Source: Methanotrichaceae archaeon
Lineage (GTDB): Archaea > Halobacteriota > Methanosarcinia > Methanotrichales > Methanotrichaceae
Assembly (NCBI GenBank): GCA_963803145.1
Contig: CAWDLW010000016.1
Location: 32,001-96,000, forward strand
DNA length: 64,000 nucleotides
Reading direction: 5' to 3'
The number at the start of each line of letters is the position of its first letter. The first letter of the stretch is position 1. Positions 50,291 to 60,404 of this stretch are shown here, piece by piece. A program made the position numbers and the translations under genes. A model generated the notes under the pieces. That model had not been told where the DNA came from. It was given only the letters and a program-made list of their open reading frames with translations, and searched no databases.

Positions 50291-50622
50291 TGCAGGAACT
50301 GAAGGCAGGCAAATTGGTTAGGCCGGGCAGCACCGCTGATACTAAAACGGGTGCCTGGCGGACATTCGTACCGGAGGTCGAACACAAAAATTGCATAAAA
50401 TGCAGCCTCTGTGAGATCTACTGCCCTGAGGGCAGCGTACATCAGGTTCAAACAGGAGATGTTGAGACACTAACAAAGCTTGGGTACACGACGGAACAGC
50501 AGAAGTCGCTGCCCAAGAATGAGGTGGTCTTCCTCCCGGACCTGAACTATTGCAAAGGATGTGGAATTTGCGCAAATGAATGCCCGCGAAAAGCAATAAC
50601 CATGGTCCTGGAGGAGAAATAA
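50290..50622 (+). CDS. porD: Pyruvate:ferredoxin oxidoreductase delta subunit
   Basis: KTGAWR, CIKC..C..YCPE, YCKGCGICANECP. Confidence 0.93.
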   Translation: MQELKAGKLVRPGSTADTKTGAWRTFVPEVEHKNCIKCSLCEIYCPEGSVHQVQTGDVETLTKLGYTTEQQKSLPKNEVVFLPDLNYCKGCGICANECPRKAITMVLEEK

Positions 50623-51798
50623 ATGATGAAGGTTGTTGAAGGTTCGTATGCTATTGCTCATGCGGTCATGTGCTGCTTGCCGGATGTTATTTCAGCATAT
50701 CCGATAACGCCTCAGACGCATATCGTTGAGCATCTCTCACAGCTGGTTGCGGATGGCGAGCTCAATAGCGAGTTTCTGACGGTCGATTCTGAGTTCTCAG
50801 CGCTCTCGGTACTCGTAGGTGCAAGCGCGATGGGTGCCAGGTGCTACTCTTCGACTACAAGCCAGGGACTTGCGCTGATGTACGAGGTCCTTTATAACGT
50901 CTCAGGCATGCGGCTGCCGATAGTCATGACTGTAGCAAACCGTGCGCTTGGTGCGCCGCTTAACATCTGGAATGACCAGCAGGATTCGATAGGTGCACGC
51001 GATGTCGGATGGCTGCAGATCTATGCGGAAAATGTCCAAGAGGCCGCGGATGCCACGCCTCAGGCGTATAAAATATGCGAGGACCCTGATATACTGACTC
51101 CAATAATGGTCTGCATGGATGGCTTCATCCTGACTCATGTCTACGAGCCGGTAGAGCTTCTTGATAAAGATGCTATCAAGGGATTTCTGCCTGATTTTAA
51201 GCCCGCTAATATTCTAGACCCAGCCAATCCCATAACCTTTGGAGCATTCGCAGATCCCTCGACGTATACTGAGTTCAGGTATCAACAGTATGAGGCGCAG
51301 AAGCGTGCTCTTGTGAAGATAGAAAATGTCGCAAAGGAGTTCGGCGAGACCTTCGGAAGGTACTACGGAGGCCTCATAGACACTTACAGGTCAGATGATG
51401 CTGATATAGTAATAGTGACACTTGGGTCCGTTATAGGCACCATCAAGGATGCAATAGATCAGATGAGATCCGATGGTTTAGCGGTCGGACTTGTCAAAGT
51501 GAGATGCTATAGACCCTTCCCTGTAGAGGCGCTTAGAAAGGCGCTGAAGGATGCGAGCGTTATCGCAGTTCTTGAAAAGGATGTATCGATAGGAAATGAG
51601 GCAGGGCTTCTGGTAGACCTGAAGGCTGCATTCTATAACAGCAAGATAAGAATACCCATCATAGGCTTCACCGCAGGCTTAGGCGGCAGAGACATAACTG
51701 TCAATGACATAAGGAAGATGGTTGATAAGGCTGCTGCAGCTCGCAAAGGAATAGAGCATGAGTTCGAGTTTCTCACTTTGAGAACGGAGATCCTTTAG
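50623..51798 (+). CDS. porA: Pyruvate:ferredoxin oxidoreductase alpha subunit
   Basis: AYPITPQT, SEF.A, TTSQGL.LM.E, DGF.LTH, GLGGRD. Confidence 0.94.
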   Translation: MMKVVEGSYAIAHAVMCCLPDVISAYPITPQTHIVEHLSQLVADGELNSEFLTVDSEFSALSVLVGASAMGARCYSSTTSQGLALMYEVLYNVSGMRLPIVMTVANRALGAPLNIWNDQQDSIGARDVGWLQIYAENVQEAADATPQAYKICEDPDILTPIMVCMDGFILTHVYEPVELLDKDAIKGFLPDFKPANILDPANPITFGAFADPSTYTEFRYQQYEAQKRALVKIENVAKEFGETFGRYYGGLIDTYRSDDADIVIVTLGSVIGTIKDAIDQMRSDGLAVGLVKVRCYRPFPVEALRKALKDASVIAVLEKDVSIGNEAGLLVDLKAAFYNSKIRIPIIGFTAGLGGRDITVNDIRKMVDKAAAARKGIEHEFEFLTLRTEIL

Positions 51799-51809
51799 GA
51801 GGACTTAAT

Positions 51810-52685
51810 ATGGAAACTTCACTGCTTGCACCTGGACATAGGGCATGCGCAGGATGTGCCATGCCTACGGCGATCAAGCTTGTCTTAGATGCTTCAGGCC
51901 CAAACACAATCGTAGCCTCGCCGACTAGCTGTCTTGAGGTCACTACAACGCCCTTCCCAGAGAGCGCCTGGTGTGTCCCATGGATTCATTCGTTGTTCGA
52001 GAATGCCGCAGCTGTTGCATCCGGGGTCGAAGTAATGCTGAAGCGAAGGTGCCAAGATACCAATGTAATAGTGATTGGCGGAGATGGAAGCACATTCGAT
52101 ATAGGCATGGGCTCAAACTCAGGAATGTTCGAACGCGGCCACAAGATCCTCTACGTCTGCTACGATAATGAAGCCTACATGAATACTGGAGTTCAGCGCA
52201 GCGGGTCGACTCCTTTCTGCGCTAATACAACTACTACTCCCGCGGGACAACGAAGTATGGGCAATCCCAGGCCCAAGAAGGACATGCCAGCCATAGCGTT
52301 GGCACATAAGGTACCATATGTCGCTACAGCATCGATCGCATATCCGGTTGATTTGAGAAAGAAGGTAAAACGTGCCCTGGAGACACAAGGGCCGTCATAC
52401 ATACAGATAAACGCGCCATGTATTACAGGCTGGACCTTCGAGGCCGGCACAACCGTCGAGATTGCCAGAGCAGCCGTGGAAACGGGGCTATGGCCTCTGC
52501 TTGAGTGGATGAATGGAAATCTAACGGAAGTAAAGAAGATCCGCAGGCCAAAGCCTGTTGAGGATTATCTCAAGCTGCAGGGCAGATACAAGCATCTGTT
52601 CAAGAAGGCTGAGGGTGCGAACGATATAAAGGATATTCAGATGATCGCTACTGAGAACATAGCCAAGTACAAATTGGTTGATTAG
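51810..52685 (+). CDS. porB: Pyruvate:ferredoxin oxidoreductase beta subunit
   Basis: GHRACAGC, GGDG..DIG TPP motif, DNEAYMNTG.QRS. Confidence 0.94.
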   Translation: METSLLAPGHRACAGCAMPTAIKLVLDASGPNTIVASPTSCLEVTTTPFPESAWCVPWIHSLFENAAAVASGVEVMLKRRCQDTNVIVIGGDGSTFDIGMGSNSGMFERGHKILYVCYDNEAYMNTGVQRSGSTPFCANTTTTPAGQRSMGNPRPKKDMPAIALAHKVPYVATASIAYPVDLRKKVKRALETQGPSYIQINAPCITGWTFEAGTTVEIARAAVETGLWPLLEWMNGNLTEVKKIRRPKPVEDYLKLQGRYKHLFKKAEGANDIKDIQMIATENIAKYKLVD

Positions 52686-52687
52686 GC

Positions 52688-53323
52688 ATGTACATTGGCC
52701 GGATAGTAATAGTAGGCAAAGCCTACGGATATGCTTGGGCAGGATACAGGGTATCCTCCCGCTCATTTCCCAACCGCCGTGCGGCAATACGTGGCAGAAG
52801 CGTAATTGTCTCGCCCATAAACTCATCGGATCTTGCAAAGAACCCCTATATCGCATACAATTGCATAAGGACGGGAAAGGACTTTGCAGTTGTTGCAAAT
52901 GGAACACAGGCTGACATGATCTTTGAGAAGATCGAAGATGGAGCAAGGCCAATAGAAGCCATTGCATTGAGCCTTGTAGCCTATGGATATGAGCGCGATG
53001 ATTTTGATACGCCTCGCCTGGCAGGGGCTGTTCGGGGGGATATTGCCTGGCTCGGAATAGCAAAGAAAGATGAGTTCCGCTTTAAGGAGTTTCGCTTGGA
53101 TGATGGCGATGCTATTATGGTCGCCACTTACGAAAAGGCTGATTTCGAGCCGGTCGTTGTCACAGGCAAAAATGCAACCGAAATAGCAGAATATGCCTTT
53201 GAGCTGCCATTTGAGAAGCCTGTATGTTCTGCAGCTGCTTTTGCAACAGGTGCATCCAAAGATCAGGGATTCGAGCTTGCTGTCTACAATCCGGCCTCAT
53301 GGAGGGTGAATTATGGAAATTAA
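52688..53323 (+). CDS. purO: Archaeal IMP cyclohydrolase
   Basis: MYIGR, YRVSSRSFPNR, NPYIAYNC, YERDDFDTPR. Confidence 0.93.
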   Translation: MYIGRIVIVGKAYGYAWAGYRVSSRSFPNRRAAIRGRSVIVSPINSSDLAKNPYIAYNCIRTGKDFAVVANGTQADMIFEKIEDGARPIEAIALSLVAYGYERDDFDTPRLAGAVRGDIAWLGIAKKDEFRFKEFRLDDGDAIMVATYEKADFEPVVVTGKNATEIAEYAFELPFEKPVCSAAAFATGASKDQGFELAVYNPASWRVNYGN

Positions 53324-54203
53324 TGGCGTTCAGATTGATGATACATTTGCCGAGGCATTTCCAATAAAGATTGGAAGGGTGCTGGTAACGGCGATAAGTG
53401 AGCGATGGGCGGTCGCGGCTGCACGTGAAGCGACAGGCTTTGGAACCTCGGTCATAGGATGCCCCGCTGAAGCAGGTATTGAAAGCATTGCCAGCGCTAG
53501 CGAGACGCCTGACGGGAGGCCAGGAGCTTACATCCAGATCTGCAACATGGGCTTCAAGAACCTTGAGAATTCACTGCTTTACCGCATAGGCCAGTGCGTG
53601 CTGACAGCACCCACAACTGCTGTATTCAACGGCTTGCCAGACGCTCAGAAGCAGTTCGATACCGGCAAGAAGCTGAGCTTCTTTGGAGATGGCTATCAGA
53701 AGCAGATCGATTATCTGGGCAGGAAGTTCTGGAAGATACCGATCATGTCGGGCGAGTTTCTGATAGAGGAGAACATAGGCGCAGTGGATGGAATCGCAGG
53801 CGGGAACTTCTACATACTTGCGGACAATCAAGCTGCGGCTTTAACTGCGGCTGAGATTGCAGTGGATGAGATCAATAAGCTTGCGGGAACAATAACGCCG
53901 TTCCCAGGTGGAGTCGTTGCCAGTGGATCGAAGGTCGGATCGAAGTATAAGTTCTTGAAGGCGTCAACAAACACATCCTATTGCCCATCTCTGAGGGAGG
54001 ATGGAATATGCGCTCTGCCTGAGGAGATCAAGTCCGGCTACGAGATTGTAATCAATGGTCTCAACCGCGAGGCAATTGAGCAGTCCATGAGGGCTGGGAT
54101 AAAGGCTGCCTGTACAGTTCCAGGAGTAGTCAAGATAACAGCAGCAAACTTTGGCGGAAAGCTGGGGCCTCATCAGTTCAATCTGCAGAAGATATTGGGG
54201 TAG
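53313..54203 (+). CDS. ftr: Formylmethanofuran:tetrahydromethanopterin formyltransferase
   Basis: IDDTFAEAF, TGFGTSVIGCPAEAG, TPDGRPG, GQCVLTAPTT, PFPGG...SGSK, NFGGKLG. Confidence 0.96.
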   Translation: MEINGVQIDDTFAEAFPIKIGRVLVTAISERWAVAAAREATGFGTSVIGCPAEAGIESIASASETPDGRPGAYIQICNMGFKNLENSLLYRIGQCVLTAPTTAVFNGLPDAQKQFDTGKKLSFFGDGYQKQIDYLGRKFWKIPIMSGEFLIEENIGAVDGIAGGNFYILADNQAAALTAAEIAVDEINKLAGTITPFPGGVVASGSKVGSKYKFLKASTNTSYCPSLREDGICALPEEIKSGYEIVINGLNREAIEQSMRAGIKAACTVPGVVKITAANFGGKLGPHQFNLQKILG

Positions 54204-54340
54204 ATAGGCCCAGTTTTCTATTTTTTGCATGCGATTGTGTTAATTTTAGCGTAATATCCTCAAGCTCTGCTAATGTGATATAACGACCGGCAGAAAGTGT
54301 AAACTGCATGATGCCCATCTCTTTAATAAAGAGGCAGGTT

Positions 54341-54628
54341 ATGAGCGACCAAATTGAAGCAGTGCGCGAAAAGATAATCGATGTTTTGCACAGGAATGAT
54401 GTCAAAAGGGCATCGTTCTTCGGATCAATCGTTAGAGGCGAGATGACGGAGGAGAGCGATGTCGATATACTGGTCGAGTTTGAGGGCAGAAAGAGTCTCC
54501 TGGATCTTGCCCATCTGAAGAACGACCTTGAGGACACTATCAACAGGCGGGTGGATATCCTTACCTACAAATCGCTGCATCCCCGTCTCAAAGATAGAAT
54601 TCTGGCCGAGCAGGTCCCGATAATATGA
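54341..54628 (+). CDS. Minimal nucleotidyltransferase (MNT antitoxin)
   Basis: FFGSIVRGE....SDVDILVEF. Confidence 0.88.
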   Translation: MSDQIEAVREKIIDVLHRNDVKRASFFGSIVRGEMTEESDVDILVEFEGRKSLLDLAHLKNDLEDTINRRVDILTYKSLHPRLKDRILAEQVPII

Positions 54629-54693
54629 AGAAAGACCCCGCGGTCTTCATCGGTCATATAATGGACAGCATTGAGCCCATAGAGAAACCCTAA
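54625..54693 (+). pseudogene. 22-codon stub of a DUF86/HepT HEPN toxin
   Basis: MKKDPAVFIGHIMDSIEPIEKP* matches the DUF86 N-terminus; ATGA coupled to the MNT gene. Confidence 0.7.
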
Positions 54694-54742
54694 TGGGATT
54701 GCCAAGGTACGATTGGGAGATGCTTGAGAGAGATGGATGTAG

Positions 54743-55711
54743 ATGTGCACTCAAAAGATTGGGGATATATGCATATTTGGCGTCGGGGGTGTTGGCGGCT
54801 ATTTTGGAGGCAAGATAGCATACAGCCTGAGCCGGGATTATGACCATCAGTTTCAGGTCTCCTTTATAGCACGGGGGCCTCATAAGGAAGAAATTATTAA
54901 GAGAGGCCTGATTTTAAATACCGCTGAAGAGGGAAGCCTAGTCTGTCGACCCACTTTGATCACAGATGACCTCAGCTCAATTCCTAAAGCAGATTTGATC
55001 CTTCTTTGTGTAAAAAGCTATGATCTCAAGCCTGCCCTTGCTCAGATAGCATGCAACATGAAAGAGGAGTCTGTTATAATTCCCTTGCTTAATGGTGTGG
55101 ATATCTACGAGAGGATACGAGCCGTGATAAGCTCAGGTTTAGTCTTCCCGGCCTGCGTATATATCGGATCCCATATCGAATCCCTGGGGGTGATCTCACA
55201 GGCAGGAGGCGATGGAGTTATTCTCATCGGTCCCGATCCAAATAGCCCCAATGTCTTCCCTAAGAATGTGCTCGATCTGTTCAATGATACAGGCATCAAA
55301 TGCCGGTGGACTGAGAACCCCTATATAGCTATCTGGGAAAAATTCATCTTCATCTCTTCCTTCGGGCTGGTTACGGCCAGCACTGGCAAAGCCATCAACG
55401 AGGTGTTATCAGATAAGAATCTCCTGCAAGAGGTCACAGGAATTATGCATGAATCGATTGATATCGCCCTGAGGAAAGGGATCGAACTGCCAGAGGATAT
55501 AGAAAAGAGAACTCTGGAGAAGGCGAGAGGATTTCCCCCTGGCACAAAGACCTCGTTCCAGAGGGATATTGAGCAGAAGGGTGCAAGAAATGAGGGTGAT
55601 ATATTCGGTGGGGCGATCCTCAGATTGGGAGCGCGATATGGGGTGCCGACTCCGATTACGCGCCGTGTCTATGGCCAAATTGTGCAGAAGTTAACTGCCA
55701 TCGGGGATTAG
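54743..55711 (+). CDS. panE: Ketopantoate reductase (PanE/ApbA family)
   Basis: GVGGVGGYFG, ARG.H, CVKSY, LLNGV, WEKF, TSFQRD. Confidence 0.85.
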   Translation: MCTQKIGDICIFGVGGVGGYFGGKIAYSLSRDYDHQFQVSFIARGPHKEEIIKRGLILNTAEEGSLVCRPTLITDDLSSIPKADLILLCVKSYDLKPALAQIACNMKEESVIIPLLNGVDIYERIRAVISSGLVFPACVYIGSHIESLGVISQAGGDGVILIGPDPNSPNVFPKNVLDLFNDTGIKCRWTENPYIAIWEKFIFISSFGLVTASTGKAINEVLSDKNLLQEVTGIMHESIDIALRKGIELPEDIEKRTLEKARGFPPGTKTSFQRDIEQKGARNEGDIFGGAILRLGARYGVPTPITRRVYGQIVQKLTAIGD

Positions 55712-55978
55712 CTTGATATTGCCAGACACTGCAGCCTAAGTCAAGTCTCTGAAACACATCGATTTCCAATAGATGAGATAAATATAATTGGCAATCAAAT
55801 CTCTTCTGCATTGGGGGCAGAAGGATTTCTAGGTGTTCTTTACGGCATCTGCGATGCCAGCAGTTTTGAACGGATTCATGAATTAGTGGAAGACTTACTT
55901 CCTTCTTCCCAATCACAAATGCCATAAATCGTGCAGTAGATTTACAAAGATTGCTCTTATACCTCGCTCAATCTTTGA

Positions 55979-56758
55979 TCACCTGGGCGGGAAATTCCTG
56001 GGATCTATCACAAACCAAGCGCCATCAATTCCCTGACCTTTGGCACCCCCCGGCATAGTATCATTTATATAGCGATATAGCGGCCATCCCTTATACGCTA
56101 TCTGCTTCATGCCATTCGCGCTTGTAAATGTCGTGAAATCCGATTGGTTTAGTCCAGGCATAACTGTGATCACTGGTGTATAGAACGGTCTCCATACTTT
56201 AAGACAGGTGCCTATGCAGCTACTGATGCCGTTCCCACGAAGATCCCCTTTGAAGTAATAAAGTGCAGTGCCGTTTCTGTCTGCCAGGAATTCGCTCAAG
56301 TTAGTGCTATTGTATATGTTTATACTATAATTGTATATGCTTATGCCATAAATGCCGCTGTTTACATTTTTTTCAGACGATTGTGTCAGATTCTTCCCCT
56401 CAAAGGTTGCATTATTATCTGTCGGTGGAGCTATTTGTTTCTTGCTCAGGATGGAGGCATTCGAGTTTATCGGCAATTCCGATTGTTTTTGTTTCTCAAT
56501 AGATCCATTGGGGGCAGCCTGTGAATTCTGTGGACTCAGCAGCATATTCTCTTCCAGGGTTGCATTTATATCTCCTGAGAAATCCAATCTTTGCTCTCCC
56601 TCAGGTGGAGCCGGAGGCGCTGGTAAGGGCTCTAGCTGGATATTCTCATTATCATTAGGCAGCGGTTGAGCATTAGCCATGCACTGCATATATCCAAAGG
56701 AGAAAATGATCGCAGCTAGAACTATTGCCATTTGAGCCATTTTAGACCGCATCCACAT
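55979..56758 (-). CDS. Secreted protein with Yx(FWY)xxD repeats (COG4315/Lipoprotein_15)
   Basis: G.ALYYF.GD...C...C...W.PF; Q..YKGWPLYRY..D..PG...GQG....W. Confidence 0.82.
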   Translation of the reverse strand: MWMRSKMAQMAIVLAAIIFSFGYMQCMANAQPLPNDNENIQLEPLPAPPAPPEGEQRLDFSGDINATLEENMLLSPQNSQAAPNGSIEKQKQSELPINSNASILSKKQIAPPTDNNATFEGKNLTQSSEKNVNSGIYGISIYNYSINIYNSTNLSEFLADRNGTALYYFKGDLRGNGISSCIGTCLKVWRPFYTPVITVMPGLNQSDFTTFTSANGMKQIAYKGWPLYRYINDTMPGGAKGQGIDGAWFVIDPRNFPPR

Positions 56759-56941
56759 GCTAAATCACACAGAACTTATACACCCTTTAAATTTTTAAAG
56801 GTTTGCTTTCCTAGGGCTAACCTGGCAATGGACGTACTCAAGGATAGCAGTGCTCAACAATAGCAGCAATATTAGCTTATTAGCGGCTGGCATACGCTTA
56901 TCAATTGGGCATGCGAAAGCCTGAGACCAGAGGTAAAGAAG

Positions 56942-57442
56942 ATGCCGGCAAAAGAGATTGAGGAGATGTGCAATAAGATCATTAAATGGCTCAATGAGGA
57001 GGGGATTTTCAAGGAGAGAATCAAAGATGAAAATTTGCAGTTTCATGTTGCTGTAGAGTTTCCCTCTGGCTCCGGGCGCCATCTTAGCGTTATCCAGCCC
57101 AAGAACAGGGAGGACATGATAGTTGTCCTGAGCAGAATAATGCTTGCTGATGTTCATAAGCTTGCCCTTCAGGCCATGCCCAGAAAGGAGCGCATCAAGC
57201 TTCTGTGGAATATGCGCTATGCACTGCTCTTCCAGGAGTCGAGCTTCGAGATGCAGCCCGGGGGCGAGAGCTTGGAGGGCATCCAGTTCACGCGTGAGAT
57301 CTATTACGACGGCTTGACGAAGAACAAGCTTATGGAGGCAATGAGGGAGAACTTCAAATGCGAGCTTTTTGTTGTTTGGAAATTCCAAGAGGTATTCGGC
57401 GATAAACCCGGGCCAGGGCCTGCAGAATCGATGTACTGCTAG
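56942..57442 (+). CDS. DUF2299 family protein
   Basis: I.KWL.EEG, IYYDGLTK..LM. Confidence 0.75.
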   Translation: MPAKEIEEMCNKIIKWLNEEGIFKERIKDENLQFHVAVEFPSGSGRHLSVIQPKNREDMIVVLSRIMLADVHKLALQAMPRKERIKLLWNMRYALLFQESSFEMQPGGESLEGIQFTREIYYDGLTKNKLMEAMRENFKCELFVVWKFQEVFGDKPGPGPAESMYC

Positions 57443-57495
57443 CTGTTACCACAATCGCATTATTGCTCGTAAAAAAAGAAAAGAGGGACCTTCCG

Positions 57496-58209
57496 CTAGC
57501 TTATCTCGTAGGTCATGGATATGCTTGCGGTAACCTCCATCTGGCCAGGTAGGACTGGTGTTGGGGCTGCTGCAGACACTAAATCATATCTGGCTGCAGG
57601 TGTGGCGTAGCTATATCCTCCTGATATCTCAAGCACGCGTCCAAGCTTCACGCCCGCTGCGTTGGCCATGATCTGGGCCTTTCTCTGAGCATCCTCTATC
57701 GCTAGCACAAGAGCCCTATCCATCTGAGGCTTTGAATCCCTAAGCTGGAAGCTGATGCTCTGAACATTGTTCGAGCCTGCAGCTGTGGCGGCATCGAGAA
57801 TCTTTCCCACTCCCTGGGTATTGTTAGTCATCACAGTGACTTGGTTTGTTGCAACGAACTCTGGTGGCTTTGTTGCATTTCCAGTTACGGTTATTGTTGA
57901 CTGATCATTTGTTGTGGGCAGGGATAGGCTGTAGGTGCTTGTCTGGATATTGGATTTATTTATTCCTGCAGTAAGTAGTGCATTTATGGTCTTATTCATA
58001 AGCTCGGCATTCTGGGTGGCTGCAACTGAGGCGCTTATGTTCCTTGTCTCCACACCCAAGACAATTATCGCCTGATCTGGAGCTGCATCAACTTTGCCAT
58101 CGCCCTGGATTATAATCTTAGATGCATTGTTGATATCAGCCGCAGACCCTGTAGAGACAATAGCCATGAGCAGCACTGATCCTAAAAGCATTATGCAAAA
58201 TCCTTTCAT
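57496..58209 (-). CDS. SIMPL (DUF541) domain secreted protein
   Basis: G.G.V...PD.A...LGV, I.TS.YS, A..DA..KA..A...GVKLG.V..I, PG...V...V...Y. Confidence 0.88.
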   Translation of the reverse strand: MKGFCIMLLGSVLLMAIVSTGSAADINNASKIIIQGDGKVDAAPDQAIIVLGVETRNISASVAATQNAELMNKTINALLTAGINKSNIQTSTYSLSLPTTNDQSTITVTGNATKPPEFVATNQVTVMTNNTQGVGKILDAATAAGSNNVQSISFQLRDSKPQMDRALVLAIEDAQRKAQIMANAAGVKLGRVLEISGGYSYATPAARYDLVSAAAPTPVLPGQMEVTASISMTYEIS

Positions 58210-58309
58210 AATTTTTCCCACTAATTGAGTGTGCTCAAACATTCATAAGGATTATGGTAGGATGCGCAAGATATAATAAAAAAGTGTGGTCGTTGTTATC
58301 CTATTACTA

Positions 58310-58990
58310 TCATGCTATCTCATAGGTCACAATCACATAGGACGTAACATCTACCATTCCCGGCTGAGCCATGCTGATATTAGGATATGCTCCATAATCG
58401 GATATATCCACTACCTTTCCAATACTCACGCCTGCAGCGCTTGCCTCTGCTTCTGCGTTCTCTCTCGCGTTTTGCACGGCACTCTTTTTGGCCTCAGCAA
58501 TTGCATTCTTGGGATTGCTCAGGCTGTAGCCCGTAACTGAAGCATCTGCGCCTGTTGATTTGGCAGCATTGATGACATCGTTTATTCTTTCCTGATCGGT
58601 TGTATTGATTTTGACTGATGCTGACCTAACAACCTTGTTGGCTGAGCTGGATGTAACGTCGCAAATCGAGGTGTTATTGACCAGTCTACAGACTTTGCCA
58701 CTCGATTCGAAGCTTGAAGTGCTACTTGCCTGTCCTGAGAGTATATCCTGCTTATTCACTCCAGCGGCAGCAATTGCATCCTCCGCTCTGTTCAGCTTAT
58801 TCTGGGCATCAGCTGTTGCCAGAGTGGCATTCTGGTTATTGCTTTCAGCGCTCACAGTGATAATAGTAACATCTGCAGGCACCGTCACAGTTCCCTCTCC
58901 ATTTGCTGAAACCGTATTTTGTGCTACACAGGCCGAGACGGCAAGAACTATGATTCCACATAGGATGGCTAATGTTCTCACAATCTTCAT
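58310..58990 (-). CDS. SIMPL (DUF541) domain secreted protein, tandem paralog
   Basis: GEG.V.VPAD, A...A...A...A...GV.IG.V..I, PG...V...V.V.YEI. Confidence 0.82.
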   Translation of the reverse strand: MKIVRTLAILCGIIVLAVSACVAQNTVSANGEGTVTVPADVTIITVSAESNNQNATLATADAQNKLNRAEDAIAAAGVNKQDILSGQASSTSSFESSGKVCRLVNNTSICDVTSSSANKVVRSASVKINTTDQERINDVINAAKSTGADASVTGYSLSNPKNAIAEAKKSAVQNARENAEAEASAAGVSIGKVVDISDYGAYPNISMAQPGMVDVTSYVIVTYEIA

Positions 58991-59192
58991 GATATTCCCC
59001 CGGTAGTTGGTATGTATTGATGGTATTAAAGCAGTCGGTTCGAGTAGGAACTCGAGTCCGGCAAGATTTTATTTGGATTATTTCAAGTTTCGTTTTACTT
59101 TAAGTTTTATTTAAATTATGAACTGAACCACAAAATACTATGATTCTCAGGCGGCTTTAACCATACGAAGAATAAGAATGATCAATGCAAGC

Positions 59193-60044
59193 TTACTGTA
59201 TGCGTTTGGTTTTTGCCTTTGTGAAAATACGGCATTTCAAGTTGACAGGGATGAATAGGTTTAAGTGCATCAGCAAAAGCTCAGCTCTCCCCAGGAAGAG
59301 GTACCCAGAATCGTTTAATGCAAAATGGAATTTAGATAGGATGCTCGCCTGTGTCTCTGCGTTGAAGTACATCAGTGTGTTTCTGCATATCAAGAGGTCC
59401 AGATGCGGTATTATAGCATCCTGCGTCAGATTATGCCGCCCGAAGATCACAGATCTCCGAAGATCTGGCCTAACGATGAATGTGCCTCCTATAATTTGGA
59501 AGTATTTGTCTCTTAGCGCTGTGGGCACTTTCTCCAGGTCATTCATCGTGTAGCTTGCATGGCGCGCCTGAGCTAAGGCTGCTTCATCTATATCTGTAGC
59601 AAAGATCTTGACATCATCCTTGAATCTTCTCTCGCCTAAGAGTTCGGCCATAAGCATCGCTATGGTATATGCCTCCTCACCTGTAGCACAGCCTGTAGAC
59701 CATATTCTAATGGGATCGTCCTCATTTTTCGATGAGATTATCTTAGGCAGTGATTCCTTTGCCAGGTACTCCCATGCCTCCTTATCTCTGAAGAAGGATG
59801 TGATGTTAATCAGAATAGTATTGAATAGTTCTTGAAACTCATTCGGATGATTCTCTAGGCAGCTCTTGTAATCAGAGATGTCGGAGATGTTGATGATCTG
59901 CATACGTCTGCGAATGCGTCTTGCCAGGCTCTCTCGCTTATAGCCTGTAAAATCGAAGCCACGATTGTGCTTTATGTAATCTAGCAGGGCCTCTAGCTTT
60001 TTCTTGTAATCCTCATCTTCTTTGGCTATTTCCCTGGAGCTCAT
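59193..60044 (-). CDS. cheR: CheR-type protein-glutamate O-methyltransferase (orphan)
   Basis: DFTGYK..L.RRI.RRM, INITSFFRD, RIWS.GC.TGEEAY, FATDID, CRN.LMYF. Confidence 0.9.
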   Translation of the reverse strand: MSSREIAKEDEDYKKKLEALLDYIKHNRGFDFTGYKRESLARRIRRRMQIINISDISDYKSCLENHPNEFQELFNTILINITSFFRDKEAWEYLAKESLPKIISSKNEDDPIRIWSTGCATGEEAYTIAMLMAELLGERRFKDDVKIFATDIDEAALAQARHASYTMNDLEKVPTALRDKYFQIIGGTFIVRPDLRRSVIFGRHNLTQDAIIPHLDLLICRNTLMYFNAETQASILSKFHFALNDSGYLFLGRAELLLMHLNLFIPVNLKCRIFTKAKTKRIQ

Positions 60045-60404
60045 ATCTATAGATCCTTGATCACAAATGCTATGAGAGCTGTAGATGCTTCATCTGGCAG
60101 AAGACCGAAACAGATTGATTGGGCACCGTATAGCTGCAGATTACATCCTCGAGAGTTTTGTAATCACCTTTTCTTTCCGGTTTCTATATCGTCCATCTAA
60201 TTTGTATTCTACATGCTCATAGCTCTATTGCTGTCCGGGGAGGACAGAACGGTGGCTATAGCCCTATTAGAGTATCAACAATGCTTGAGTTTCGCGAGGC
60301 AAGACATTTTGCTCCAGGTCCCATTCGATTCTCTAAAATATACTCAGAATTAGATTTTGGCCTCAACCATCAGCTTTAACTCCACGACTCGCTTGCATCC
60401 GATT

